From: an uncultured Anaerolineaceae bacterium
GTDB lineage: Bacteria > Chloroflexota > Anaerolineae > Aggregatilineales > Phototrophicaceae
Length of the DNA: 64,000 bases
Assembly: GCA_964395665.1 (NCBI GenBank)
Contig: CAYNDH010000001.1
Coordinates: forward strand, 161-64,160
Direction of reading: 5' to 3'
Part shown: one piece after another, positions 51,485-60,686 of the stretch
How the letters are laid out: every line of letters begins with the position of its first letter
How positions within the stretch are numbered: position 1 is the stretch's first letter
Program-made: the position numbers and the translations under genes
Notes under the pieces: generated by a model
Seen by the model: only the letters and a program-made list of their open reading frames with translations
Told to the model about the DNA's origin: nothing
The model's database searches: none

Positions 51485-51579
51485 ATAGCCGCGAAGTATA
51501 AAAATGTTTGTTCCATACTTGCTGAGTACCACATAATAGAGCCTTTAGAACGCCGCCATTCGCATCAGACAGTTAGCAA

Positions 51580-53277
51580 TCAGGCACGCCGGACACGGCG
51601 CAGCACCATCTGCGGGATCAGCCGCGCCTCTTCCAGCCCGAACGCGGTAGCGACTCCAAAATAGACGGCAGCCCCCGCTATTCCAGCGATCATGAGCTGC
51701 ACGATACTGCTGGATGTGCCGGTCAGCGCCAGCACTGCAATAAGCACGACACTCATCGCTAATGTCGCCAGTGTCATCCGGCTGACACTGATCCTAAGTT
51801 CGCTGACTTCGGCCCATTGCAGGCGGCGCGTCAGCAACCACCAGAGGACCGCCGCTTCGACCAGCGTCGTCAGTGAATTCGCCAGTGCAAGGCCGCCGAA
51901 TGCCCCACGTGAGAGCGTCGCCGGATCACCGATAAACTGGATCAGAATGACATTCAGCGTGATATTCGCCAGCATCGCACCGATCCCGATCAGCACTGGC
52001 GTGCGGGTATCCGACAGGGCATAGAAAGCACGCGACAGGACTTCAAGCATGGCATGGCCGACGACCCCCAGTGAGAAGAAAGCCAGCGCCCACGCGGTCC
52101 CGGCGACGGCTTCAGCGTCAAATGCCCCGCGCTGATACAGCACTTCGACAATCGGCTGACCGAGCAGAATCAGCACGGCAGTCGCGGGCACTGCGAGAAA
52201 CAGAATACTCCGCATCGCGCCGACCAGCCGTTCCTTATAACCGTCCATATCGTTGGCCGAAGCCAATGCGGAGAGTGATGGAAATACCGCCGTCCCTACG
52301 CTCTGCGCGATAATACCGAGTGCGAAAAACATGAGGAACCATGCATTATTCAGCGCGACCAGACTCCCGGCGATCATCGCGGTTGCAAAGGTAGTATTGA
52401 CCAGAAAATTGATCTGTGTCACAGCCAGCCCCAGCATTCGCGGCATCATCAGACGCATGACGGACGTCACACCCTCAAGCCGTGGATTAGGCAGGAAGCG
52501 TGGGCGTCCGTCGAGCTTACGCAGGCCGGGGATCTGAATGGCGAGATGCAGCACCGCTCCCAGCAGCGCGCCGAAAGCCAGCCCATAAACGTTAATCGTA
52601 TGCGGCGCAGCAGCGATCACCGCAGCGGCTCCATCTGGCAGCAGTGATGCAAGTGCAAGCGGTGATGGCTGCGGGTAGGCGAAATAACCGGTAGTGGTTG
52701 GCAGCAGCGGCGCGATCACCAATGCACCGATAATCAGGCCGACATTATTCATACTCAGGGCCAGCGCAGGCAGCATAAAATTCTGATAGGTGTTCAGGAT
52801 GCCCATCATCAGCCCGCTGACGCTGAAGATCACGGTCGTCGCCAGCATGAGCTGTGTCATCCGCACCGCCAGTTCCTGATAAAGCTCGTTCTGATAAAAC
52901 AGCGGCATATACAGCGGCGCCGTAATTGCCAGCAGAATGCCTAATGCACCCGCTGCCAGTGCCGAGAGCGTCATGACAGCGCTGGCAAGCTGCCAGCTTT
53001 CTTCAATCCGTCCGGATGAACGCAGTCTCGCAAAGACCGGGATGAATGACGATCCCAACGCGCCACCAGCGACCAGTGCAAACAGCAGTTCGGGGATACG
53101 CTGTGCGGCATAAAAGGCATCCAGTTCACTGCTGGCCCCGAACATCGCGTTATAAATCGCAGTCCGCACCAGACCGAGCACACCGCTGGCAAAGAAGCCG
53201 AGTAATACAATCAGGGCGGCACGCATAACCTGTGTGCGAGAGAGTGCCTGCGATGTAGAAATGGTCCCAGTGGTCAT
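51580..53277 (-). CDS. murJ: Lipid II flippase MurJ
   Basis: 565 aa with about 14 TM helices. The N-terminal pattern GLVRTAIYNAMFGASSELDAFYAAQRIPELLF is typical of MurJ/MviN. Confidence 0.9.
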   Translation of the reverse strand: MTTGTISTSQALSRTQVMRAALIVLLGFFASGVLGLVRTAIYNAMFGASSELDAFYAAQRIPELLFALVAGGALGSSFIPVFARLRSSGRIEESWQLASAVMTLSALAAGALGILLAITAPLYMPLFYQNELYQELAVRMTQLMLATTVIFSVSGLMMGILNTYQNFMLPALALSMNNVGLIIGALVIAPLLPTTTGYFAYPQPSPLALASLLPDGAAAVIAAAPHTINVYGLAFGALLGAVLHLAIQIPGLRKLDGRPRFLPNPRLEGVTSVMRLMMPRMLGLAVTQINFLVNTTFATAMIAGSLVALNNAWFLMFFALGIIAQSVGTAVFPSLSALASANDMDGYKERLVGAMRSILFLAVPATAVLILLGQPIVEVLYQRGAFDAEAVAGTAWALAFFSLGVVGHAMLEVLSRAFYALSDTRTPVLIGIGAMLANITLNVILIQFIGDPATLSRGAFGGLALANSLTTLVEAAVLWWLLTRRLQWAEVSELRISVSRMTLATLAMSVVLIAVLALTGTSSSIVQLMIAGIAGAAVYFGVATAFGLEEARLIPQMVLRRVRRA

Positions 53278-53458
53278 AAAATTCCTGTCTGTATATCCGG
53301 CGCGGCACTTACTGAAGTACGATTTCCGGTTTCAGTATGGCGGCGCTATAATTAGCTACAGTTTCCCAGTTTTGCAGTTTGAGATCAGCGTGTGTATACG
53401 GAAGATCAATCGATCTGTCCGTAAGCGCCCTCAACCGGATTAATCGCAAAGGCGAATT

Positions 53459-56400
53459 GTGGCGAACACAAACTTTTCTCTCGATCATTTTTACACGGGT
53501 CATTTCATAGATCAACCGGAAGCGCCACGAGTGCTGTCCCGTTCGTCAAATGTTACTACTGAAATCGCGACCGCAGTCCTTGAGCGTTCCAATCTGCCCC
53601 CCTTGACAGTCGGAGATGGTACCAGTTGGGCGCTGATCCGTGGGACGAAGCAGCTTCCGTTTATCTTCGTGCAGGCACAGATCATTCAGGAAACCATTGC
53701 GGTCAGCCATTATATTCTGCTGCCGCTGGACATCCTGCGTACACTCGGCGGCAAACTGAAGGTGCTGCAACTACTGCTTCAGGAAGTCCTGCCGCATCCG
53801 CGTGATCTTCGTCAGAAGCAGCCGCTGCAACCGGTGACGCTGATCATCCCGGATGAGGATGATGCCAGTGCGCAAGCCGATGCGATGCTGACGCTGATGG
53901 ATATCGTCAACAACCGGCTGGAATCTATCGAAAAACTGCTGGCGGCAATTGTGCAGGGCGTGCAGATCATCGTCACCCATGCGCCAAAGGACATTAACCA
54001 GCGGATGGATTTTATCCTGGGGCTGCTTGCCCTGCTTCCACCGTCCGTTCGATTTGCCGTGACATTCACCACCTACAGCGAAAGTGCAACCGATCTCGAT
54101 GTGCAAATTCGCTTTCTGGATCAGGGCGAACCGGCTGCCGAAACACTGGTCTTTAACTGGGAAAGCAATGAGCTGTCGGGGATATTCCCTGAAGACGAGT
54201 ACAGCCATTTCGTCATCAGCCAGCTTCGGCTGGATACCTCACTGGTCATTGAGCGCACACGCGCCCTGACTCCTGCGGCTGGATGGCGAATGCGCCAGTC
54301 TGACCGGTTAGGTGAGGCACTGGCATACGCATCACACCGCGCCAAGCTGGATACCTCCCTGCTTAATTACCAGCCTGCGGATAAGGACGAAGTCGCCCGC
54401 ATTCTGGAAAACGACCCGACACTAAGCGATGAACTGCGCAATGTCTATGCAGAACATCTGCTCAACCTGTCGCTGGCGATGAACGACTTTAACTCGGTCG
54501 ATCTGATGACGTATCTCGTCTGGCAGAATGACACCCTCAGCCAGTTCGCGCTGGATCGCCTGTCGGATACGCTCAGCCCAGCCACAGGCCGCCCCATCTA
54601 TCACTTCATCCTGCGCGTCCTTCAGTATTCTGCTGATGCCGATGCAGAGGTGAGCAATACGCGATGGATCACACTTGCCCACCGTGCAGCGCTGCTGATG
54701 GTCACCGATCTGACCCGCGCCCAGAACGCCGAAGGGTTGATCCCCATTCTTGTAGAACTGGCAAATGCACCTCACCCTGTTCATATCGAGCGCGTCGCCG
54801 GACGACTGGTCGAAATCGCGGTGCCGCTGGCGACATCCAATCCGGAAGTGGCTAAAGCAGTCTTCCTGATGGCCGTCCTGCACCTGAATGAGGCCACCTT
54901 CCAGCGGCTGATGACACTTGAGCCGCTCGTCAAACAGCTTCCGCAGGCCGTCTCCGATCTGATGCCCTATCTTCTGAACCAGACCGATGCCGTCGCGCCA
55001 GCCGAGACCCTGATGCGGACCGTCAGCAGCCTGGACAGCGAAAGCCAGCCGCTGCTGCTGCTCCACCTGGCGCAAATGGCCCGTCAGGCTGGCCGGGTGG
55101 ATCTCTTCGACAGTGATGTTTACGAACGACTGCTCGATATCGCCCTCAAAAATCCCGACGCGGCCACAACCGAACGACTGATCGCGATCTCACAGCGCTG
55201 GACGGAACAACAGCTTCTGCTGCTGAACGAGCAGGCCGCAACCCGACTGCTGCAATTGTGTCTGGCGCTGGGTGAATATCCGAATCTCGCCAGTCAGATG
55301 ATCCAGCAGTCGTCTGTATTTTATCTGGGCGACCGCCAGATTGATTATATCGAGATGGTGGAGCGTGTCTTCGCCGATACTGCGATCCCATCGGCACAGG
55401 CGGCCACGGCTATCAATCAGATTGAAGATGCCGGGATTCGCTCCGCACCACTGGCGATGGCCGGACTCGGCGCACTTCAAAATCGCACACCAGGCCCCGA
55501 ACTGGATCACACCGCGCATCATCTGCTTGATATTCTGGTGGCCGATCCGCAGCTCTTCTCAGTGATCCGAATGTCATCGCTGATGCAGATCGTGCATTAC
55601 TATCTCAGTCACGGGCGAGTGCATGACAGCGTTCATGCTGCCGGTTTACTCGCGTCAGGTGTGATCGCACACTCCGAGGATGTGCAGGAGAGTCAGCAAG
55701 CCGTCATGGAACTGTACCAGATGCTGGCACGCCGCCCGGAAACCCGTCCGCAGGCGGCAGAGGTACTGCGGATCTATGTACGTGAAGCCAGCCAACTGGA
55801 TGCCCGTACCGCGATTGCCATCTTTGGCCGGGAGCTTGGCGCCAACCTGCGCGAAACACTGGAAGCCGTCTATTTTGTGCGCGAGATCACCGCAGGGCAG
55901 ACGCTGGAAGAATACGCACAGGCGGTTAAAACGACCGTCGATTTCCTTCAGGATGTCGCTTCAAGCTACGGGGAGCGCGATTATCCCACACTGGAAATGC
56001 TCAGCGCACAGCTCAGCATGATGAAAGGCGCTTTTTCGCGGGAAGAGCGGCGGGCGCTCACACGGGCATTGATGGACTCCGCCCGTGGCATCATGATGAT
56101 CTATGAGCGCCAGCGCGCTTCACGGTCCGCAGGCCCCGATAAGCTGCTAAGCGCGGCTACCGATCCCACCACCGTGCTGGATGCGGTATGGGTCATCGCC
56201 GGTTACTTCTCTGACGGCAGACGCCATGAACTGCGGCTGAAGACTGCCCTGCCGAACCCGCTGGCAGAGCGGACGCGCCAGTATCTCTATCAGGAAGGGC
56301 TGATGATGAACACTGTCATCAGTGGGCTGACAAAGGTCGCACAGGCCGGGGCATCCATCCAACTGCGTGCCGGTGATCTGCGTGATGCGGTCATCAGCCT

Positions 56401-56623
56401 GAAGGCCGAACACACGGAAGCCAGTCAGCAGGAGATCACCCGTTCGCTGAGCGTGGATCTACAGCGTCTGGCCCTGCTGATCGATCATATTGGCAGCCGG
56501 GGAGATACACGCGCACTGGAACCGCAGGGATTAGGGGAACGTCTCGACAGCGGACGACACCGCCCCCGAACGGCGCTGGAATTCCTGCGTTATCTGTACG
56601 GTTATTACAGTGCGCGTGGTTAA
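53459..56623 (+). CDS. Large orphan protein (1054 aa), no recognisable family
   Basis: Uninterrupted 3.1-kb ORF with a GTG start. The composition is coding-like (Leu/Ala/Gln-rich helical body). I saw no TM segment, signal peptide or nucleotide-binding motif. Confidence 0.7.
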   Translation: MANTNFSLDHFYTGHFIDQPEAPRVLSRSSNVTTEIATAVLERSNLPPLTVGDGTSWALIRGTKQLPFIFVQAQIIQETIAVSHYILLPLDILRTLGGKLKVLQLLLQEVLPHPRDLRQKQPLQPVTLIIPDEDDASAQADAMLTLMDIVNNRLESIEKLLAAIVQGVQIIVTHAPKDINQRMDFILGLLALLPPSVRFAVTFTTYSESATDLDVQIRFLDQGEPAAETLVFNWESNELSGIFPEDEYSHFVISQLRLDTSLVIERTRALTPAAGWRMRQSDRLGEALAYASHRAKLDTSLLNYQPADKDEVARILENDPTLSDELRNVYAEHLLNLSLAMNDFNSVDLMTYLVWQNDTLSQFALDRLSDTLSPATGRPIYHFILRVLQYSADADAEVSNTRWITLAHRAALLMVTDLTRAQNAEGLIPILVELANAPHPVHIERVAGRLVEIAVPLATSNPEVAKAVFLMAVLHLNEATFQRLMTLEPLVKQLPQAVSDLMPYLLNQTDAVAPAETLMRTVSSLDSESQPLLLLHLAQMARQAGRVDLFDSDVYERLLDIALKNPDAATTERLIAISQRWTEQQLLLLNEQAATRLLQLCLALGEYPNLASQMIQQSSVFYLGDRQIDYIEMVERVFADTAIPSAQAATAINQIEDAGIRSAPLAMAGLGALQNRTPGPELDHTAHHLLDILVADPQLFSVIRMSSLMQIVHYYLSHGRVHDSVHAAGLLASGVIAHSEDVQESQQAVMELYQMLARRPETRPQAAEVLRIYVREASQLDARTAIAIFGRELGANLRETLEAVYFVREITAGQTLEEYAQAVKTTVDFLQDVASSYGERDYPTLEMLSAQLSMMKGAFSREERRALTRALMDSARGIMMIYERQRASRSAGPDKLLSAATDPTTVLDAVWVIAGYFSDGRRHELRLKTALPNPLAERTRQYLYQEGLMMNTVISGLTKVAQAGASIQLRAGDLRDAVISLKAEHTEASQQEITRSLSVDLQRLALLIDHIGSRGDTRALEPQGLGERLDSGRHRPRTALEFLRYLYGYYSARG

Positions 56624-56632
56624 GTCGGTGAA

Positions 56633-57136
56633 CTAGACAGCAGGTGAGGCGTCTGCTTCACGATAGACGTCAGTAAATGCCCCATCTGTGATCTGTGGAA
56701 GCTGTTCGCGGCGAACGGGGAAAATCGCATTGTGTGCGCCCCCTGCCGCATAGAGCATCTCGAACCGCTGAAGCTGGTCATCCAGCAGCACCTTCAGATC
56801 CTGCTGACGGTAAGCCAGCGGCGGGACACTGCCGGGGGCATAGCCGGTGATTTCAAGACACTGGTCAGCCGTGGCGACTTTCACCTTCTTGCGGCTGACA
56901 TTGAATAAGGCCGCCAGCTTTCGGTCATCGACGCGCTGATCACCGCTGGCGACCACGATCACCGGCTGTCCGTCGATGATGAAGAGGATACTTTTCGCGA
57001 TCTGTCCCAGTTCACAGCCGATGCGATCGGCTGCCTGTTGAGAGGTCGCGGTGGTTTCTTCGAATAACTGAATCGAAAGCCCAAGATTCAGACGGTCAAG
57101 AGCGGCCTGCACCGTCTCATGGGAAAATACGGTCAT
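56633..57136 (-). CDS. YbaK/EbsC-type aminoacyl-tRNA editing (deacylase) domain protein
   Basis: 167 aa. IAKSILFIIDGQPVIVVASGDQRVDDRKLA and GYAPGSVPPL are typical of the YbaK/ProX domain. Confidence 0.8.
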   Translation of the reverse strand: MTVFSHETVQAALDRLNLGLSIQLFEETTATSQQAADRIGCELGQIAKSILFIIDGQPVIVVASGDQRVDDRKLAALFNVSRKKVKVATADQCLEITGYAPGSVPPLAYRQQDLKVLLDDQLQRFEMLYAAGGAHNAIFPVRREQLPQITDGAFTDVYREADASPAV

Positions 57137-57166
57137 GCAAAAGTATCTCCTGTTTCTACGCTGTTC

Positions 57167-58486
57167 CTAGATGTTTTCTTCATCCGCCACTTCATCAGCC
57201 ATCGGCAGCAGCATGATAAACGTGCTGCCCTTCCCCGGCTGACTCCGCACCGTGATCATCCCGCCATGCGCCTCGGCCACCGTCCTGGCGACAAATAAGC
57301 CCTGCCCCAGCCCGCGCGGATCGAGCAGTTTGCCTTCAGCCGTGCGTGGTTCTCCACGGTAAAAACGTTCAAACACATGCGGCAGATCCTTATCGGAAAT
57401 ACCCACACCGCTGTCGCTGAAATGCACACCGATATAACCGGGATACTGCGGGTTCATTCCTAATCGCACCGCCAGATGTCCACCGGGTTCGGTATATCGC
57501 AGCGCATTCTGAAGGATATGGCCGAAAGCCCAGCGCAGGCGCTGTTCATCGCCCGACACCACGAGACGATCGCCATCACGGACCATAAAGGCGACATCCA
57601 ACCGGGCACGCTTGATCTCTGGCGCCATACCATTGACCACACTCCAGACCAGGGATTCCAGCGGCACGTGATTACTGCGAACTTCGAATGATCCTGCCCC
57701 CATCTCGGAGATGTCCAGCAGTTCGACGACCATCCGATCCAGTGTATCAACATTGCGCGACAGGGTATCCAGCAGACGGCGGTTACTCGCGGGGACAGCA
57801 CCAGACTGATCACCCTGGGCAGCGATCACCTCACCAACACCCTTGATCACCGCCATCGGCGTCCGCAGTTCATGCGATATCGCGGTCACAAACTGGTCCT
57901 TCAGGCGCTCCATGACGGTGTCCTCTGTGACATCCCGCAGGACGATCATGGTGCCGAGCCGCTTGCCGCTGATATCAGCAACTGCGGCCAACTGCGCCCC
58001 AATCACCCGATTATTGACCTGAAGCCGCTTGGGTTCGCCAATCGGGGTGAGTTCAGAATCCAACCTGACGAGATCGCGAGAGGCTTCGAACAGCAAACCC
58101 AGTTCACTCTGCCAGAAGTTCTTCTGAGAGCCGAGCAGTTCCTGTGCCGCATTGTTAATCAGGACGATGCGCCCATCATTATCCTGCATGACAATGCCAT
58201 CGGTCAGCGTGGAGAGGATGCCATTCAGACGGGCAATTTCCTGTTCACGGCGCTGAAGGGCTTCCCGTAGTTTCAACTGACGTTCTGCATCACGGTGCGC
58301 GCTGACTTCCGGCGCATACGGGGGTGTCGATGCTGCCGATTTCGCTTGAGCGGCCCGTGGAGCCGCTGCCCGTCGGTTGAGACTCCGATAAAGGCGCTTA
58401 AACAGATGCTCGGTCGCGTTCCCAAGGGAATTTACACCGCCAATGGCGGATTGTGTTTCAGGAGTTGGGTCAGGGCGCTGTGACAT
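57167..58486 (-). CDS. Cytoplasmic PAS-domain sensor histidine kinase
   Basis: 439 aa with no TM segment. A coiled coil is followed by a PAS-like region (LTDGIVMQDNDGRIVLINNAAQELLG), the H-box FVTAISHELRTPM, and HATPase G-boxes DSGVGI and GLGQGL. Confidence 0.9.
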   Translation of the reverse strand: MSQRPDPTPETQSAIGGVNSLGNATEHLFKRLYRSLNRRAAAPRAAQAKSAASTPPYAPEVSAHRDAERQLKLREALQRREQEIARLNGILSTLTDGIVMQDNDGRIVLINNAAQELLGSQKNFWQSELGLLFEASRDLVRLDSELTPIGEPKRLQVNNRVIGAQLAAVADISGKRLGTMIVLRDVTEDTVMERLKDQFVTAISHELRTPMAVIKGVGEVIAAQGDQSGAVPASNRRLLDTLSRNVDTLDRMVVELLDISEMGAGSFEVRSNHVPLESLVWSVVNGMAPEIKRARLDVAFMVRDGDRLVVSGDEQRLRWAFGHILQNALRYTEPGGHLAVRLGMNPQYPGYIGVHFSDSGVGISDKDLPHVFERFYRGEPRTAEGKLLDPRGLGQGLFVARTVAEAHGGMITVRSQPGKGSTFIMLLPMADEVADEENI

Positions 58487-58594
58487 CGGCTGCCTATATC
58501 TGCTGAATTACACCGGCGTGATTTGAGAGTGCTGGTTTTACGGCTGGCAGCCAGCAGCCAGCCGTTAAGAACCACTAGTCAACAGCCAGCCGAG

Positions 58595-59005
58595 CTAATC
58601 GGCCTGCTGCTTCTGCTGAATGATATTGTGAAGCAGGATACGCAGTTGATCAAAGTCTGGCAGAGGTTTGTTGATAATATGATCAACCGCGTAATCATTC
58701 CGCATCTGCGTCATCTCGTCTTCTGTCAGGGCAAACGCCGTCATTAACACAATGGGCACCTGTTTAAATGGCTCAATCGAGCGCATCCGCAGGGCGATTT
58801 CATTTCCACGCTTACCCGGCATACGGATATCCATCAGCACAAATTCAGGGACCGGTTCCGATCCCTCACCCTGCTCGACCTGATCCAGATAATCCCACAC
58901 CCGCTGTCCATTTTCGAATACCAGCGGGTTATGCCCCCACACAGTACACATCATCTTGACCAGATTACGAATATCCGTTTCATCTTCGGCAATCAACCAG
59001 TTCAA
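58595..59005 (-). CDS. Single-domain (CheY-like) response regulator
   Basis: 136 aa with a TTG start. It has IAEDE, the phospho-acceptor context VLMDIRMPG, and a conserved T/K region. There is no output domain. Confidence 0.85.
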   Translation of the reverse strand: MNWLIAEDETDIRNLVKMMCTVWGHNPLVFENGQRVWDYLDQVEQGEGSEPVPEFVLMDIRMPGKRGNEIALRMRSIEPFKQVPIVLMTAFALTEDEMTQMRNDYAVDHIINKPLPDFDQLRILLHNIIQQKQQAD

Positions 59006-59093
59006 GGTTAAGCCTCCACCACATCTTCATCAGCAACCATTTTTCTAGTATACAGAATATTTAAAGCTTCGCAGACTGCAATCTGTTGATTCT

Positions 59094-60395
59094 TCATTCC
59101 TGATCACGAGCCTCATCGAGAGTCAGTGAGGGCAATACGCCTGCCAGCAGCATGGTATAGGGGCCGCGTGTCGCCGCTGTACGGCTCCGTAGCTGCGCGT
59201 AGGCATACAGCAGATCCGGGCTTTCGATCATCACACCAGCGCTGAAAGCATCACCAGCAACGAAGGTTCCATCAGCCAGTGGAAAGCGATAACCGACTGC
59301 CGATGGGACCTGTGCACACTCAAATCGCCCTGCATCATCGCACAGCGTAAAATCCTCGGAGTCTTCCAGCACAAAGCTGATCTGCGGATCAATGCGGGTG
59401 TGCTGATGACGCAGCATATATAACCAGAGGGGTTCAGTGCGCGCACGTCCTGCGGTCAGGATATTGACACGGTCAAAGTTTCCCGCCGGTTGAATCTCCG
59501 CCCCTTCAATCACCGCGTAAAACCGGCCAGCAGCCCCATCCCGGCTGCCGATAATCACCCGCACCAGACCGAGATGGCTGATCCGCCCCAGTGAGAGATG
59601 GGCAGCACGCACGGTTTCCTGATCTACCGTCAGTTCTCCATCATCTGACAGCATGATCTGCTGCCCCGTCGTATCCCCCGGTTCATTGACACAGTGCTGT
59701 GTTTCATCCGCTTCGACCACATCAACGCGAATATACGGGTCAAATCCATCAAGGCCATAGACAGTGATGCGGTAATCACTGTCATTCTGCTCACCGATAA
59801 TTTCAAGCGATGCAGCGGTGACAATCTCGGCGGAACCACAGCGGAAAACGACTTCCCGAAACAGTTCAGGTACCTCACGTTCGACATAGGTCAGTGAAAG
59901 GCTGTAACTGCCGGTGGTCGTACCGGTTTCATTCCCGGCACGGGTAGCAACCAGCGTATATTCTCCAGTGTCAGGCAGGACAAAATCAATTTCCGCAATA
60001 CCATCGACAGCGGCATCAAACTGGACTCCACCCGCTATCACATCACTGCGGACGAGCAGATTACCGCCGACATCCGTGATCCCAAGCAGCGGGGCCAGCC
60101 CGTCCCGGGCCGACATCCGTGCGATGATATGATCCCCTTTTGAGCCATAAAACCGCCAGAGATCGACAAATGAGCGTTCGGTCAGGGTTTCGTCAACCAC
60201 CTGACCGTAACCGATCGTGGACTGTGTGATCGTATCCGGATTTGGCGTTGGCGTCGCTTCCTGTCCACGAACCATCCGGTCAGGCGTCAGGAAGCCCATC
60301 AGGATACCGCCAAACAACAGCATTACAACTATCGTTACAGCCCATGTCCCGCGCACATCTCTAAATGTTGTCAGTGATTTCATGCGTATATACAA
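59094..60395 (-). CDS. Secreted or membrane-anchored hypothetical protein, N-terminal PPC-like beta domain
   Basis: 433 aa. The signal anchor is WAVTIVVMLLFGGILMGFL. GQVVDETLTERSFVDLWRFYGSKGDHIIARM resembles pre-peptidase C-terminal-type domains, but this is tentative. Confidence 0.6.
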   Translation of the reverse strand: MYIRMKSLTTFRDVRGTWAVTIVVMLLFGGILMGFLTPDRMVRGQEATPTPNPDTITQSTIGYGQVVDETLTERSFVDLWRFYGSKGDHIIARMSARDGLAPLLGITDVGGNLLVRSDVIAGGVQFDAAVDGIAEIDFVLPDTGEYTLVATRAGNETGTTTGSYSLSLTYVEREVPELFREVVFRCGSAEIVTAASLEIIGEQNDSDYRITVYGLDGFDPYIRVDVVEADETQHCVNEPGDTTGQQIMLSDDGELTVDQETVRAAHLSLGRISHLGLVRVIIGSRDGAAGRFYAVIEGAEIQPAGNFDRVNILTAGRARTEPLWLYMLRHQHTRIDPQISFVLEDSEDFTLCDDAGRFECAQVPSAVGYRFPLADGTFVAGDAFSAGVMIESPDLLYAYAQLRSRTAATRGPYTMLLAGVLPSLTLDEARDQE

Positions 60396-60560
60396 AACCT
60401 CAAATACCCACCAGCACTGCCTTTGAATCCAGTATCAAAGCCTGTCAGCCGGCGTGTCGGCCTGTCACTATCAGCCTGCAAACGGCGAACAGATTCTCTG
60501 TCACTATACCCTAAAGTGATCAACAAAACCGGCCTGTATCAGCCGTAGTGACCGCAGTGT

Positions 60561-60590
60561 GAAAACAAAAAGCGGGGAATTACCCGCTTC
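60561..60590 (-). terminator. Rho-independent terminator downstream of the GH57 gene
   Basis: On the minus strand: stem gcggg (60582-60586 rc) / cccgc (60571-60575 rc) with a 6-nt loop, followed by a U-run (plus-strand aaaacaaaaa at 60561-60570). Confidence 0.6.
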
Positions 60591-60686
60591 TGTCTGTCGG
60601 TCGGTCTCACGCTGTTCACGACCTGAACCACAAACTACCAAAAAGCCGTAACCATATGATCCGCATGATCACTGCAATCCACGCAA

